A stretch of DNA of 28,509 nt from a virus (taxonomy: Duplodnaviria; Caudoviricetes): positions 1 through 28,509 of the IMG/VR virus record IMGVR_UViG_3300037510_000305. One strand, given 5' to 3'. Positions within the stretch are counted from its first letter, which is position 1, and every line of letters starts with the position of its first letter. Shown piece after piece: positions 8,165 through 16,583 of this stretch. The position numbers and the translations under genes are program-made. A model generated the notes under the pieces. That model saw nothing but the letters and a program-made list of their open reading frames with translations. It was not told where the DNA came from and searched no databases.

Positions 8165-9714
8165 TATGGCGCACCTTCTGTAAATACGAGGTCAGGGATC
8201 GCAGCTTCTTCCTGCGCGATCATGTCGTCAGCAGCTGCTTCGGGATCAGTGCCATCTGTTGGTACAAACATCCAGGGATTCATCGCACAAATCCCCATCG
8301 CTCCAGCGTCACCCAAGTCCCAATCAACGTTGTCCTGATAATCTGTGAATCCAGTCACAAACTCAGTGTGATTCTCATGCACCCAGATCTTGCCGTTTGA
8401 GGCGAGGTCCGTATACGCCTGACGAATGCGGTCAGGCTTCGAGCGCTTGTCATTGAACTCTCGAATCGTGAAGTAGAAGTTGTTCTCCTGCATCTTCGTT
8501 TTGAAGTACCAGGCGAGCATCTTTTGGAAGGCGACTGTTTCTACAGCAAACTCGCGTGGGCGATACGTGCGCTTGATACGATAGATCCAGTTCCACATTT
8601 CCTCAGGATTCTTTCCACGATCCGCAAAGTACTCGATTAGGTATATGTCACCAGTTCGACGGTGGAACCCCCAAACGACAATTGCCGTCTTATGAGCCTG
8701 CTTCCTTTTGGAATCTGACGCAGGATCGAGACCGACCCAGTATTCGAGATCGACAGGTAAAGAGGTCCAGTACCTGAGCCAGCCTGCGTCGAACGCGCTC
8801 GTCTCTTTCGAGATGATTTTACACCCATACTCCCTGAGCCAGATGTGATACTGTCTTCGTCGGATGTAGTTTTCACGTTCAGCCAAAACCTCTTCTAGCG
8901 GGTACCTTTCTTCCCACGCGCTTAGCGGCGCACCCGTGATCTTATCATATACCAGCTTCGGATATTTCACCGTGAAGAAGGTAGGATCTTTGTGCGCCTT
9001 GTTGATAATGTCATCCTTGTGCAGCCCGGTTTGCAGCAACACAAGTTTTCGGCCTGGAGCTTCACTCTTCGCAGCCATCGCAGGGACAATGGTTCCGAAG
9101 AATGTCGTTTCCTGTTTCTCTAGCTGTTCAGGCGTGCCGCAAGTTTCCTCATTACTAATGTCGTCAGCGATTATAAAGTCTGGCCGCCAGTCATCGAAGT
9201 TCAAACCTCGAATACCCGAGGTCATACCCAGCGCGACAATGTTGATCTTTATGTCGTACGCTGCATTGATCACTTCGATCCAGGTATCTGTCCACTTATC
9301 ACCTTTCCTGATATCGAAGAGTTCGGCCCAGTAGGTTCTGGCTTCGACCTGTCGCTTGATCCATCTAACCGTATGCGAAGCCATCGTCTCATTGATCGCA
9401 ACTGCGAGTGTGTTGCGCGTGAGCCCGAACCCGATTCGCTTGGAGAGACCAGCTCGTGTGAGGGTCGTCTTAGCGCCTCCTCTAAACACTTCCGCGCCAA
9501 AGAAGTCTCTTTCCGGATTGTTGAAGTGATACCAGTAGTCACGATGCCACTCCGGACTTTTTTGCCTGAAAGTTTTTGGAAACATCTGCCGGCAGTAGAA
9601 AAGGTCGTCCACCGCGCAGAGTTTCAGTACCTCTGCACGGGAAAGGACCATTCTATCTGGCGCGGCGACGACTGCGTTCATCTTAGTTCCATTTAATCCC
9701 AGGAACGGCGACAC
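8164..9714 (-). CDS. terL: Terminase large subunit
   Basis: Walker A-like 'FRGGAKTT', Walker B 'FIIADD', RNase H-like 'VGLDPA', 'VETVAFQ', 'KPDRI', 'DLGDA'. Confidence 0.92.
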   Translation of the reverse strand: MSPFLGLNGTKMNAVVAAPDRMVLSRAEVLKLCAVDDLFYCRQMFPKTFRQKSPEWHRDYWYHFNNPERDFFGAEVFRGGAKTTLTRAGLSKRIGFGLTRNTLAVAINETMASHTVRWIKRQVEARTYWAELFDIRKGDKWTDTWIEVINAAYDIKINIVALGMTSGIRGLNFDDWRPDFIIADDISNEETCGTPEQLEKQETTFFGTIVPAMAAKSEAPGRKLVLLQTGLHKDDIINKAHKDPTFFTVKYPKLVYDKITGAPLSAWEERYPLEEVLAERENYIRRRQYHIWLREYGCKIISKETSAFDAGWLRYWTSLPVDLEYWVGLDPASDSKRKQAHKTAIVVWGFHRRTGDIYLIEYFADRGKNPEEMWNWIYRIKRTYRPREFAVETVAFQKMLAWYFKTKMQENNFYFTIREFNDKRSKPDRIRQAYTDLASNGKIWVHENHTEFVTGFTDYQDNVDWDLGDAGAMGICAMNPWMFVPTDGTDPEAAADDMIAQEEAAIPDLVFTEGAP

Positions 9715-10090
9715 GTTTTGTAGCGCTTGGCGGCGGTGGCGGTGTTGCCTTGCAGCTGCTTGGACTCTTGTCGCTCAACGTACTCTTTCCATCTGGACCG
9801 ATCAGGACCCTGTTGTTCGTCAGATCGTACACTCCAGCTCTCGCATAGATACAAGTCACGCCATCGGGAATGTCGGTCCTCATTCCCGCAAGATTGAAGG
9901 TACTGAACAATTGCTTGTCGTCGCTCACACTGTAGACGATGTAGACGAGTTGTTCTGTCCCAAAGGCTGTTCCATCCTCGTAGCCCGTCGGTTTCGTGAT
10001 GCTGTAGCTCATCGTCTGAGCTGCGAAAGCTGTAGAGATCAGTAGGAGTGGCCATAAAACCTTACCAATGCTTCGGAAGGATGTGAACAT
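9683..10090 (-). CDS. Secreted/periplasmic protein with signal peptide (FN3/Ig-like)
   Basis: 'KVLWPLLLISTAFA|AQ' signal peptidase I-like site, 'TKPTGYEDGT' FN3-like start, two Cys. Confidence 0.6.
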   Translation of the reverse strand: MFTSFRSIGKVLWPLLLISTAFAAQTMSYSITKPTGYEDGTAFGTEQLVYIVYSVSDDKQLFSTFNLAGMRTDIPDGVTCIYARAGVYDLTNNRVLIGPDGKSTLSDKSPSSCKATPPPPPSATKRVAVPGIKWN

Positions 10091-10577
10091 TGAATCTATC
10101 CTCTCTTACTAAATCCAGGTTCTCAATGAAATTGCACTGAGTCGGGAACGACGTGTGCGGGTCGCACCAGCGGACAATTTCGCAGACACTGAGCGACCAG
10201 AATCTTTGGTCAGTGAGCCAAGCTCGCACGACCGGCAAGTACAGATTTTCCGTTTGCCAGTAAGCCTCTGGCGTATGTCGGAGCTTGCATTCAACAACCA
10301 CAAGGTTGCGTCTTTTGTGATCTGCAAGAAGACCGTCAAGCTGACAGTATCTTGTCCCGCTGGATCCATCCCCATAAGCAAACCACATCCCCGCGAAGTA
10401 TGAAAGCTCGTAGAGCTCAGTGAGGTACTCAGCGACCTGTCGCTCATGCTTGATCCCCTTCTTCTGCAGGTGTCCCTTCGCTTCCAGTGGCTTGAAGGGG
10501 AGTTCCTTTGGCAAGATACTCCTGACCCAAGTCGGTCTGACTCGGTGCTGGTAGCGCTGGCTGCTTTCCGCTCTCAT
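10062..10577 (-). CDS. PD-(D/E)XK nuclease (resolvase-like)
   Basis: 'G.KHE', 'QLDGLL', 'VVVECK' and 'AYWQ' motif order. Lies between TerS and TerL. Confidence 0.7.
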   Translation of the reverse strand: MRAESSQRYQHRVRPTWVRSILPKELPFKPLEAKGHLQKKGIKHERQVAEYLTELYELSYFAGMWFAYGDGSSGTRYCQLDGLLADHKRRNLVVVECKLRHTPEAYWQTENLYLPVVRAWLTDQRFWSLSVCEIVRWCDPHTSFPTQCNFIENLDLVREDRFNVHILPKHW

Positions 10578-11037
10578 CTATCGTGACTCCGATTTGAGGG
10601 CGCTCTGCTCGGCCCAGCAGTGCCTTGGCCTCATCCAACTCACTTCGCAGCGTGTTCACCTGCGTGTTGTTTGTCTGGTTCATGATGAAGGTGTTTCCAC
10701 CCTTTGAACCGAACCCAAGTCTATCCAGCACACCTTCGGCTGTCTTCGACAGTGTGCTAAGATCACCTTCAACCTGAACCTTCTCGATCATCCGATCCAG
10801 CGCAAGCGACGCGACACCAAGCATCTTTTCCCTGATCGGCATCACAGTGTTGTGAAAAATCACACCCTGTTTATCCCGCAGCATCGCCTGAAACGCGTCA
10901 CTATGGATGATCTGACTCAACCAGCCCTGCGTGTAGTTAAAGGCCTTTGCAATCTCTCCAAGCGACACACCTGGATTCGCCAGCATGTAGTCCATGATCG
11001 AGTTGTGCGTATGGGAAACTCGCTGAATCTCAGCCAC
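10444..11037 (-). CDS. Putative terminase small subunit (HTH)
   Basis: N-terminal HTH 'NPGVSLGEIAKAFNYTQGWLSQII', helical middle, 'VLDRLGFG'. Upstream of TerL. Confidence 0.65.
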   Translation of the reverse strand: MAEIQRVSHTHNSIMDYMLANPGVSLGEIAKAFNYTQGWLSQIIHSDAFQAMLRDKQGVIFHNTVMPIREKMLGVASLALDRMIEKVQVEGDLSTLSKTAEGVLDRLGFGSKGGNTFIMNQTNNTQVNTLRSELDEAKALLGRAERPQIGVTIDESGKQPALPAPSQTDLGQEYLAKGTPLQATGSEGTPAEEGDQA

Positions 11038-12604
11038 GATAGTACCTCAAAGGATTTCTAACAGGGCGACGCAAGGACCGTCGTGCAGCCTGTCGAACAA
11101 CTAGCCCACTTCCACCATCTGTACCATCGCCACCACCAGTCCCGCCGCCGACAGCCAACTGACCAGAGAATACGAGCTCGCCTGTAGGTGGCTGAATGAT
11201 GATCGGGACACGGACGCTCGGCGCTACGCCAGTTAGCCCCAGCGTTCCACTCGCAGGCTGAATAATCACGCCTCGACGAACGACAGGCGCGATGCCTGTA
11301 AGTGCAAGGCTCGCTGCCGCTGGTCGCGTGACGTTTACGCCAGAGATAATTGGCGCTGCGCCTGTCAATCCCAGCGTTGCCGTACCCGGCCGAATAAACA
11401 GCACGCCCTGCACAAAGGGTGTCTGGCCTGTCGTGGTTAACGCACCTGTTGCTGGGCGGATGATAATTCCGCCAGGCATCTGCGGCGCATTTCCAGTAAT
11501 CGTCAGGCTTCCTGCCGAGGGGCGAATGACAAACCCCTGACGAACAGACGGTGCGTAGCCCTGCAGCGTTAGCGAGGCGCTGGTCGGCGTCTTGATAAAC
11601 TGCTGGGTAACAACAGGCGCGGAACCTGCAAGCGCAACACTTCCTGTCTGCGGAGCCTGGACAGTGAGAGTCTGAACTGCAACTGCGCCCGTTATCGTCA
11701 GCGAGCCAGTCGGCGGCCGAATCGTAGCAGGAGACTGAATCTGCGGCGTCAGTCCTGTAATGCTCAGCGATCCCGTTCCAGGGATTCGCACATGCGCGAG
11801 CATGACAACAGGCGTCTGACCGACAAGGGCTAATGCGCCTGTGTTCGGTCGCACAGTGCCAGTGATCTGCACCTGTGGCGCTTGACCAGAGAACGCGAGC
11901 GAGCCAGCAGCAGGCGTTCTATTGAACTGCTGGGTAAGCTGCGGTGCTGCGCCAGCAATTACCAACGCCCCTGTTAGTGGCTTGATGACGCGCAGTTGGA
12001 CTGTCGGCGCATAGCCCTGCAGTGCCAGTGTGCCAACTGCTGGCGTGATTGTCAGGCCCGACGAAAGGTCTCCACCACTCCAGTTATCCATCCGGGTGGT
12101 GTCATTGCCAAACCCAGAGATACCCGGGTTGCCGCTTGAATACGTCGCATCGCTTGCGTTAAGCGCGCTGATCAACGTATACGTGCCAGACCCACTAGCC
12201 TTACGGTACACACGCAGGTTAGTGCCAGTCACTTCCAGGCGACAAACATCTCCTACCGCCCACGTGACTGTAGAGTTTGTTACCTGCGCAAGTGTGCTGA
12301 AAGACCCGCTCGTCAGCTTGGCAAGATACGTTTCCGTATCATTCAGCTCAATAATATAACCCGTGTTGCTTCCACTGCAACGAACAGCGGGTCCAACGTA
12401 CGAGCTGCCGAGGACAACGATCTCGATTTCAGAATACTGCGTCGCATTGAACGTGCCGCTGTACCAAGCGCAAACGTCATTGCTAGTGTTGACATAACAC
12501 TGCGATGCATTGGTCTGAAAGTCCCCCGTCGTACCAACATTCCACAGCGGGTTGTATGCTTCGAGGTTCTGGCTACTGCCGGCTTCAAAATTATCTGATG
12601 CCAT
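11030..12604 (-). CDS. Virion fibre-like protein: ConA-like/lectin N-domain, 14 x ~22-aa repeats, Gly linker and Arg-rich C-terminal peptide
   Basis: N-domain 'ASDNF...GPAVR...GDVCRLEVTGTNLRVY...DATYSSGNPGI...DNWSGG' is a beta-sandwich pattern; repeats counted directly. Start placed at MASDNF. Confidence 0.75.
   Translation of the reverse strand: MASDNFEAGSSQNLEAYNPLWNVGTTGDFQTNASQCYVNTSNDVCAWYSGTFNATQYSEIEIVVLGSSYVGPAVRCSGSNTGYIIELNDTETYLAKLTSGSFSTLAQVTNSTVTWAVGDVCRLEVTGTNLRVYRKASGSGTYTLISALNASDATYSSGNPGISGFGNDTTRMDNWSGGDLSSGLTITPAVGTLALQGYAPTVQLRVIKPLTGALVIAGAAPQLTQQFNRTPAAGSLAFSGQAPQVQITGTVRPNTGALALVGQTPVVMLAHVRIPGTGSLSITGLTPQIQSPATIRPPTGSLTITGAVAVQTLTVQAPQTGSVALAGSAPVVTQQFIKTPTSASLTLQGYAPSVRQGFVIRPSAGSLTITGNAPQMPGGIIIRPATGALTTTGQTPFVQGVLFIRPGTATLGLTGAAPIISGVNVTRPAAASLALTGIAPVVRRGVIIQPASGTLGLTGVAPSVRVPIIIQPPTGELVFSGQLAVGGGTGGGDGTDGGSGLVVRQAARRSLRRPVRNPLRYYRG
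11150..12058 (-). repeat. 14 tandem ~22-codon protein repeats, consensus xxxRPxxGxLxLTGxAPxV
   Basis: Examples: TITPAVGTLALQGYAPTV, VIRPSAGSLTITGNAPQM, FIRPGTATLGLTGAAPII. Diverged at DNA level. Confidence 0.9.
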
Positions 12605-12605
12605 G

Positions 12606-13724
12606 TTATGCAGCCACAAACTGCCCAATACGCAGGTCGGAACCGTTGTTCTTAATCACGTAGAGATACTTCCCTGTAAATGAGGGAAGTGCGCCCTGCC
12701 TGACGTAGAATGAAATGGCATTGGTTGCCCATGCGGTCGGGATCTGAATCTCAAGCGCGCGAGTTGAGGCGGTGCTCCACGTAGGAGCATCTGACACCAT
12801 AACTCTGGACAAGGAGTCGTCTACGTAGATGCAATCGTAGTACAAGTGCATGGACGAGGTTCCGTCCAAGCCTTCAAACTGATGCGCGAAAAGCTGATCG
12901 AATGCGTCCGGCCAGCCTGATGTACGCCCTGCCCCCGTGTATGTCGTGACAAGTTGCCCTTGCTCGTACACTTTCGTACTGGTATTGTTCCCGTTAACCG
13001 TGCCTTGAAACAGGTGGTATTCCTGCGTCAACCACACGTTCTTGGGGAGGCCCATCCCCCAGCCATCATGGTTGGAGCCTCCATCCGTAAACTCGTAGAA
13101 AAGAACTGGATTGTCGTTGTTTTGACCGGCCTCTAAATCGCCGTATCCAGTCTTGAGGTCGTGTCCGGAACCACCGACACCACCACCCCAGACTCGCCAA
13201 CCTTTCAGGTTCCACGAAAGCCCATCGGACGCATTCGCCTCTACGTAGTTGAAGTCCGTCCGCCACTTCGCGAACAGATACATGTCCGTAAAGGTCAGCG
13301 GCATACCATCGATGACAGCAGCCTGTCCTGCGTTTGGCGCGGTGACTCGATAGTTAGCTACAGAGTTTGTAGCTAACACATCAGTTTGTATCGACCCAAA
13401 CTGCGGGCCGTTACCAGTGTTAGTCTGCCAAGACGTATTACGGCTTAGCGGATCGAGCGAAGTCGATCCGGTCCTTCCTACATCCCAATACCAGGCAGGC
13501 TTAACGCCATTCGGCTTTACGTCAAAGGCGTTTAAAGCTGAGGTGATCGTTACGATCTGTCCATTGCTAAACGTACCAGATGCTCCGTAGTTTGCGTCTG
13601 GTACAAAAGCAACCGCGCCCCCACCACCTGCTTGCGCAGGGTCGCGAGTCATCGAGATGTTCCATCCCCCACGCTGTCGGAACCTGCGAGGAAGATAGAG
13701 ATTGCGCTTGGGGACGAGGATCAT
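12606..13724 (-). CDS. Polysaccharide lyase-like / carbohydrate-binding beta-sandwich virion protein
   Basis: GGAGA RBS before MILVPKRN; basic leader and Gly linker; 'YLFAKWR', 'NLKGWRVW', 'WLTQEY', 'LYYDCIYVD' and an Ig-like C-terminal part. Confidence 0.55.
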   Translation of the reverse strand: MILVPKRNLYLPRRFRQRGGWNISMTRDPAQAGGGGAVAFVPDANYGASGTFSNGQIVTITSALNAFDVKPNGVKPAWYWDVGRTGSTSLDPLSRNTSWQTNTGNGPQFGSIQTDVLATNSVANYRVTAPNAGQAAVIDGMPLTFTDMYLFAKWRTDFNYVEANASDGLSWNLKGWRVWGGGVGGSGHDLKTGYGDLEAGQNNDNPVLFYEFTDGGSNHDGWGMGLPKNVWLTQEYHLFQGTVNGNNTSTKVYEQGQLVTTYTGAGRTSGWPDAFDQLFAHQFEGLDGTSSMHLYYDCIYVDDSLSRVMVSDAPTWSTASTRALEIQIPTAWATNAISFYVRQGALPSFTGKYLYVIKNNGSDLRIGQFVAA

Positions 13725-13730
13725 ACTTTC

Positions 13731-13763
13731 TCCAGGCTGGGGGCGACGGCCACCCCCGCTGGA
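13731..13763. promoter_or_regulatory. GC-rich intergenic hairpin overlapping the RBS of 12606..13724
   Basis: Minus strand TCCAG-CGGGGG-TGGCCGTCG-CCCCC-AGC-CTGGA then GAAAGTATG. On the plus strand it is followed by TTTTCCTTT. Confidence 0.6.
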
Positions 13764-13773
13764 TTTTCCTTTC

Positions 13774-14241
13774 TCACGCCAGCGTAAATACGCCAGTCGT
13801 CGCCGGACCAACCGTCAGCGTGTTGCCCGACGCAACCGTAAACGCTGCCGTCGAAAGGCTGCAGAAGCACAGCACCTTGCCCGCACCAGCACCGGTCGAG
13901 TTCCGGATAAGCGCGTACTTGATGTTGTTCAAGCTGGCGCCCGATCCCGTAAACACAAGTCCGGCCGTGGTGTACGTGAACTTGTACTGCTTCGCAGAGG
14001 CACCAACCGTCCACTGCGCAGTAGCTGGGACAAGATTTCGACCGCCGGCAGCATATCCGCCGGTAGCTGAAATCTCACCTGGGATCGAAGTGTTAGTGCT
14101 TCGGGTGGAGAGGACAAGAATTGCAGCTGAAGCGGATGCTCGATGCAGCTGCATCTTGAACACGCCGGCACCAAGGGTGATGGTGCCGTTGCCAATATAT
14201 TTCTTGGCTTTGGCATAGATTTTCCAAGGGCCAGCGGCCAT
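13774..14241 (-). CDS. 155-aa beta-rich virion structural protein (putative fibre subunit)
   Basis: 'WKIYAKAKKYIGNGTITL....FKMQL', 'EISATGGYAAGG..L', 'YALI', 'TVASGNTLTV...GVFTLA', a pattern common in phage structural modules. AGGAG RBS. Confidence 0.75.
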   Translation of the reverse strand: MAAGPWKIYAKAKKYIGNGTITLGAGVFKMQLHRASASAAILVLSTRSTNTSIPGEISATGGYAAGGRNLVPATAQWTVGASAKQYKFTYTTAGLVFTGSGASLNNIKYALIRNSTGAGAGKVLCFCSLSTAAFTVASGNTLTVGPATTGVFTLA

Positions 14242-14252
14242 TTGGGTTTCTC

Positions 14253-15896
14253 CTAAGCGAGAGTCATGATCTCCTCATCCGCCGCTTCAGCCCCGGCTTC
14301 GAGGATGGCTGCAAGGAGACCAGGCCCCTTGACATCCAGCTCGATGACGTGACCGTAGAGGCGAATGAGGTCCATAAACTCCTGTGCCTGCGAAATCATC
14401 CAGGGATGGCACTTGAATACCTTCCCCCGAACGGTTACAGGAATCACAGGAGCGTTGTCATTCTCCGGCTGGAGATATGCATGATGTTCGTCAGTCATAC
14501 CATGAACAGTAGCTTCTACTTCTGCCGGCAGGAGGCATGAATCACACCCAATGAGGTGGAACTTCCTAAATCCCATCATTGTCAGCACGCAAATCGCACG
14601 CAGAAGTACTGTACTTCCACCACTCGCATCGAAGTACAAGCCCCGATGCTTGTGTAGAAGATCCTCAATACTCTTAACCGCAACATGGAACAGAAAGGTC
14701 CGATTCTTCGGCAGATTTTCCAGCACACTTGGATGAACCTGCGAAGCGCAGAAGTAAAGGTTATTCTCGCTAATCGGCTCAACAAACCGCTTGTTGAACT
14801 CCCGCGCATCGACGAGGAACTGATTCACAGGCGTGTTGGGCATCCATTCGCGAAGCCAGTTGCCTGCACCATTCAGCGTGACGACCTTACACCCCGCGCC
14901 AATGAGCTGACGAATCTCGTCCTTCGAGTCCTTGAGGCTTGGCCCGCCGCCGAGGATCAGCACTTCCGTATCATTCGTCTGGTGCGGGCCGATGTCCGTC
15001 CACGGACCCTGTAGATTCACCTCAACATTCTTCCTGATCTGCTCCATCGTCTCCGTCAGTTCAAACGGCTGCTCCTGCACTTTCTTCCCTGTATCCCAGG
15101 CAGTGCAGAAGATCATGCAGTGCGTGCCAAAGTCCCTTGACCATGTAATCCTCGCACCGCACTTCTGCAGCCTCTCCACCCACCACGCGTAGGGCTGAAC
15201 TGTGAGATGGAGTTTCTCCCCTATCAACTTCCCACACTGGTCTTCTTCACACGAGATCTGGAAGAACACGTGCTGCGCGGAGTGTAAGATGTTAACTAAT
15301 ACGGTGGTGACCCACTCAGGAGGAATGTGCTCCATCACATCCGTGCAATAGCCGTACTCAGCGTGGTGGGGGATCGGCTTAATGAGGTTGCAGGTTTCAA
15401 AGCTCAAAAGCGGCTGAGTCTTCAGCGCCTCTCGCACAAAGTCATCCAGGCAGTTCGAGGCGAAGTCCAGCATCTTCACCTTAAGCCCACCGAGTGCCGC
15501 GAGCATCACAGCGCCTCGCCCAGTCCCTGTGCCGAAGTCGATTACTTGCGCTCCTTCGCGGGGCCTCACGACGTCCATGAACATCGTAGCGCAGGTTTCT
15601 CCCGGCGCGACCTGGCGGTATTCCTCTTTCCCCCACATTTCCTCGTAAATCGCTTGGTGGCTTTTCTCCACCTTAACAACGGGGGGATGCCCTACGTAGC
15701 CGGCGAAGCCCGTGGTGCTTTCCAGCCCCTGCAACTCCGCCTGGCTCTTCTCCGCATCCGCATTAAGCGCCTGGACTTCCGCCTGCGCTGGTGTTGGCTG
15801 AAACGTCGGGCTTGTGTCGAGCGTCGGCGTCGTGTCGAGCAAATTATCGTGCATCTCTATATCCTCATAATAAGTGTATTGTGGTTCAGTCTGCAT
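14253..15896 (-). CDS. Fusion of class I SAM methyltransferase and Maf/DUF115-like (glycosyltransferase-like) domain
   Basis: MTase motifs 'VIDFGTGTGRG' and 'YGYCTDVMEHIP'; Maf-like motifs 'VLILGGGPSL', 'VVTLNGA', 'GGSTVLLRA...GFRKFHLIGCDSC'. Confidence 0.8.
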   Translation of the reverse strand: MQTEPQYTYYEDIEMHDNLLDTTPTLDTSPTFQPTPAQAEVQALNADAEKSQAELQGLESTTGFAGYVGHPPVVKVEKSHQAIYEEMWGKEEYRQVAPGETCATMFMDVVRPREGAQVIDFGTGTGRGAVMLAALGGLKVKMLDFASNCLDDFVREALKTQPLLSFETCNLIKPIPHHAEYGYCTDVMEHIPPEWVTTVLVNILHSAQHVFFQISCEEDQCGKLIGEKLHLTVQPYAWWVERLQKCGARITWSRDFGTHCMIFCTAWDTGKKVQEQPFELTETMEQIRKNVEVNLQGPWTDIGPHQTNDTEVLILGGGPSLKDSKDEIRQLIGAGCKVVTLNGAGNWLREWMPNTPVNQFLVDAREFNKRFVEPISENNLYFCASQVHPSVLENLPKNRTFLFHVAVKSIEDLLHKHRGLYFDASGGSTVLLRAICVLTMMGFRKFHLIGCDSCLLPAEVEATVHGMTDEHHAYLQPENDNAPVIPVTVRGKVFKCHPWMISQAQEFMDLIRLYGHVIELDVKGPGLLAAILEAGAEAADEEIMTLA

Positions 15897-15922
15897 ATCT
15901 GTTGCACGGCCAGACGGCCGCG

Positions 15923-16282
15923 CTAATCCATGCTTCCGTAGAGCTCGAACCCCGCCGCCGTCGCGCCCTTCTGCACGAACTTCAACGCTCTATACTGCCC
16001 GAAGAAGTAATAGAGCCTGTTCGCGCTGGCGGTTGCGACGAACGTTCCTTGCACCTCTGTCACGTTGTCTGAGGCGTCGACGGCGGGCTCGAGGCTCAGC
16101 ACAAGGGGCGCCGTCGGGTAGTTCGTCCCGTCCAGGCTCGCGAAGACCCTGATCGTTCCGGCCGTCCGCCGCAGCACGAACCGCCGCAGGTGGCGAATCT
16201 GCCCCTCTTTGACGACTAAAAGCGTGGCCCCGTCGACAGTCCCGCCGGCCGCTATGGTCTTCACAAGGTCGATGGCGCTCAT
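15923..16282 (-). CDS. Small beta-rich protein, possible capsid vertex decoration / spike base
   Basis: GGAGG RBS; first gene of the late arm; 'GTIRVFASLDGTNY' and 'YRALKFV' jelly-roll-like motifs. Confidence 0.6.
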   Translation of the reverse strand: MSAIDLVKTIAAGGTVDGATLLVVKEGQIRHLRRFVLRRTAGTIRVFASLDGTNYPTAPLVLSLEPAVDASDNVTEVQGTFVATASANRLYYFFGQYRALKFVQKGATAAGFELYGSMD

Positions 16283-16364
16283 CAGTCTATCCTCCAGGCG
16301 TCCGGCGGCGCCCCGTGCGCGCGATCTTACGCAAGGCGGCCTTCTCCCGCAATGGGGGTCGTGC

Positions 16365-16443
16365 GGATTATAGCCTTTATCTTCTTATAAAATCTATAAT
16401 TTCCCTTCGTCAGTTCGCTGTCTTGCGGGTTAAGGATTATAGA
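16365..16443 (-). promoter_or_regulatory. AT-rich candidate late promoter region (CTATAATCC x2)
   Basis: GGATTATAGC at 16365-16374 and GGATTATAGA at 16434-16443, upstream of the first late gene. Confidence 0.5.
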
Positions 16444-16542
16444 GTGATTGTGGGTGAAGATGCTATAATGTATGGAAAATGGAAAACTGCCGCGCGGGGA
16501 GGGAAAACCAGGCCACCGCCCGCCCCTTGTGGGGGGAGCCGA

Positions 16543-16583
16543 CCCCCTTCGTTAACGTTAACGGGGGATTCAGTAACAGTTAC
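16543..16583. repeat. Palindrome CGTTAACGTTAACG flanked by C5/G5 runs, plus GTAAC-A-GTTAC
   Basis: Perfect 14-bp palindrome at 16550-16563 and a second dyad at 16573-16583, at the junction of the divergent arms. Confidence 0.7.

Noticed and set aside
11150-12058. Diversity-generating retroelement or DNA-level repeat shuffling
   Set aside because: Repeats are similar only at protein level; no adenine-specific TR/VR pair or reverse transcriptase seen in the window.
14253-15896. DNA methyltransferase
   Set aside because: No DPPY/NPPY or PCQ catalytic motif; 'TDVMEHIP' is typical of small-molecule/sugar methyltransferases.
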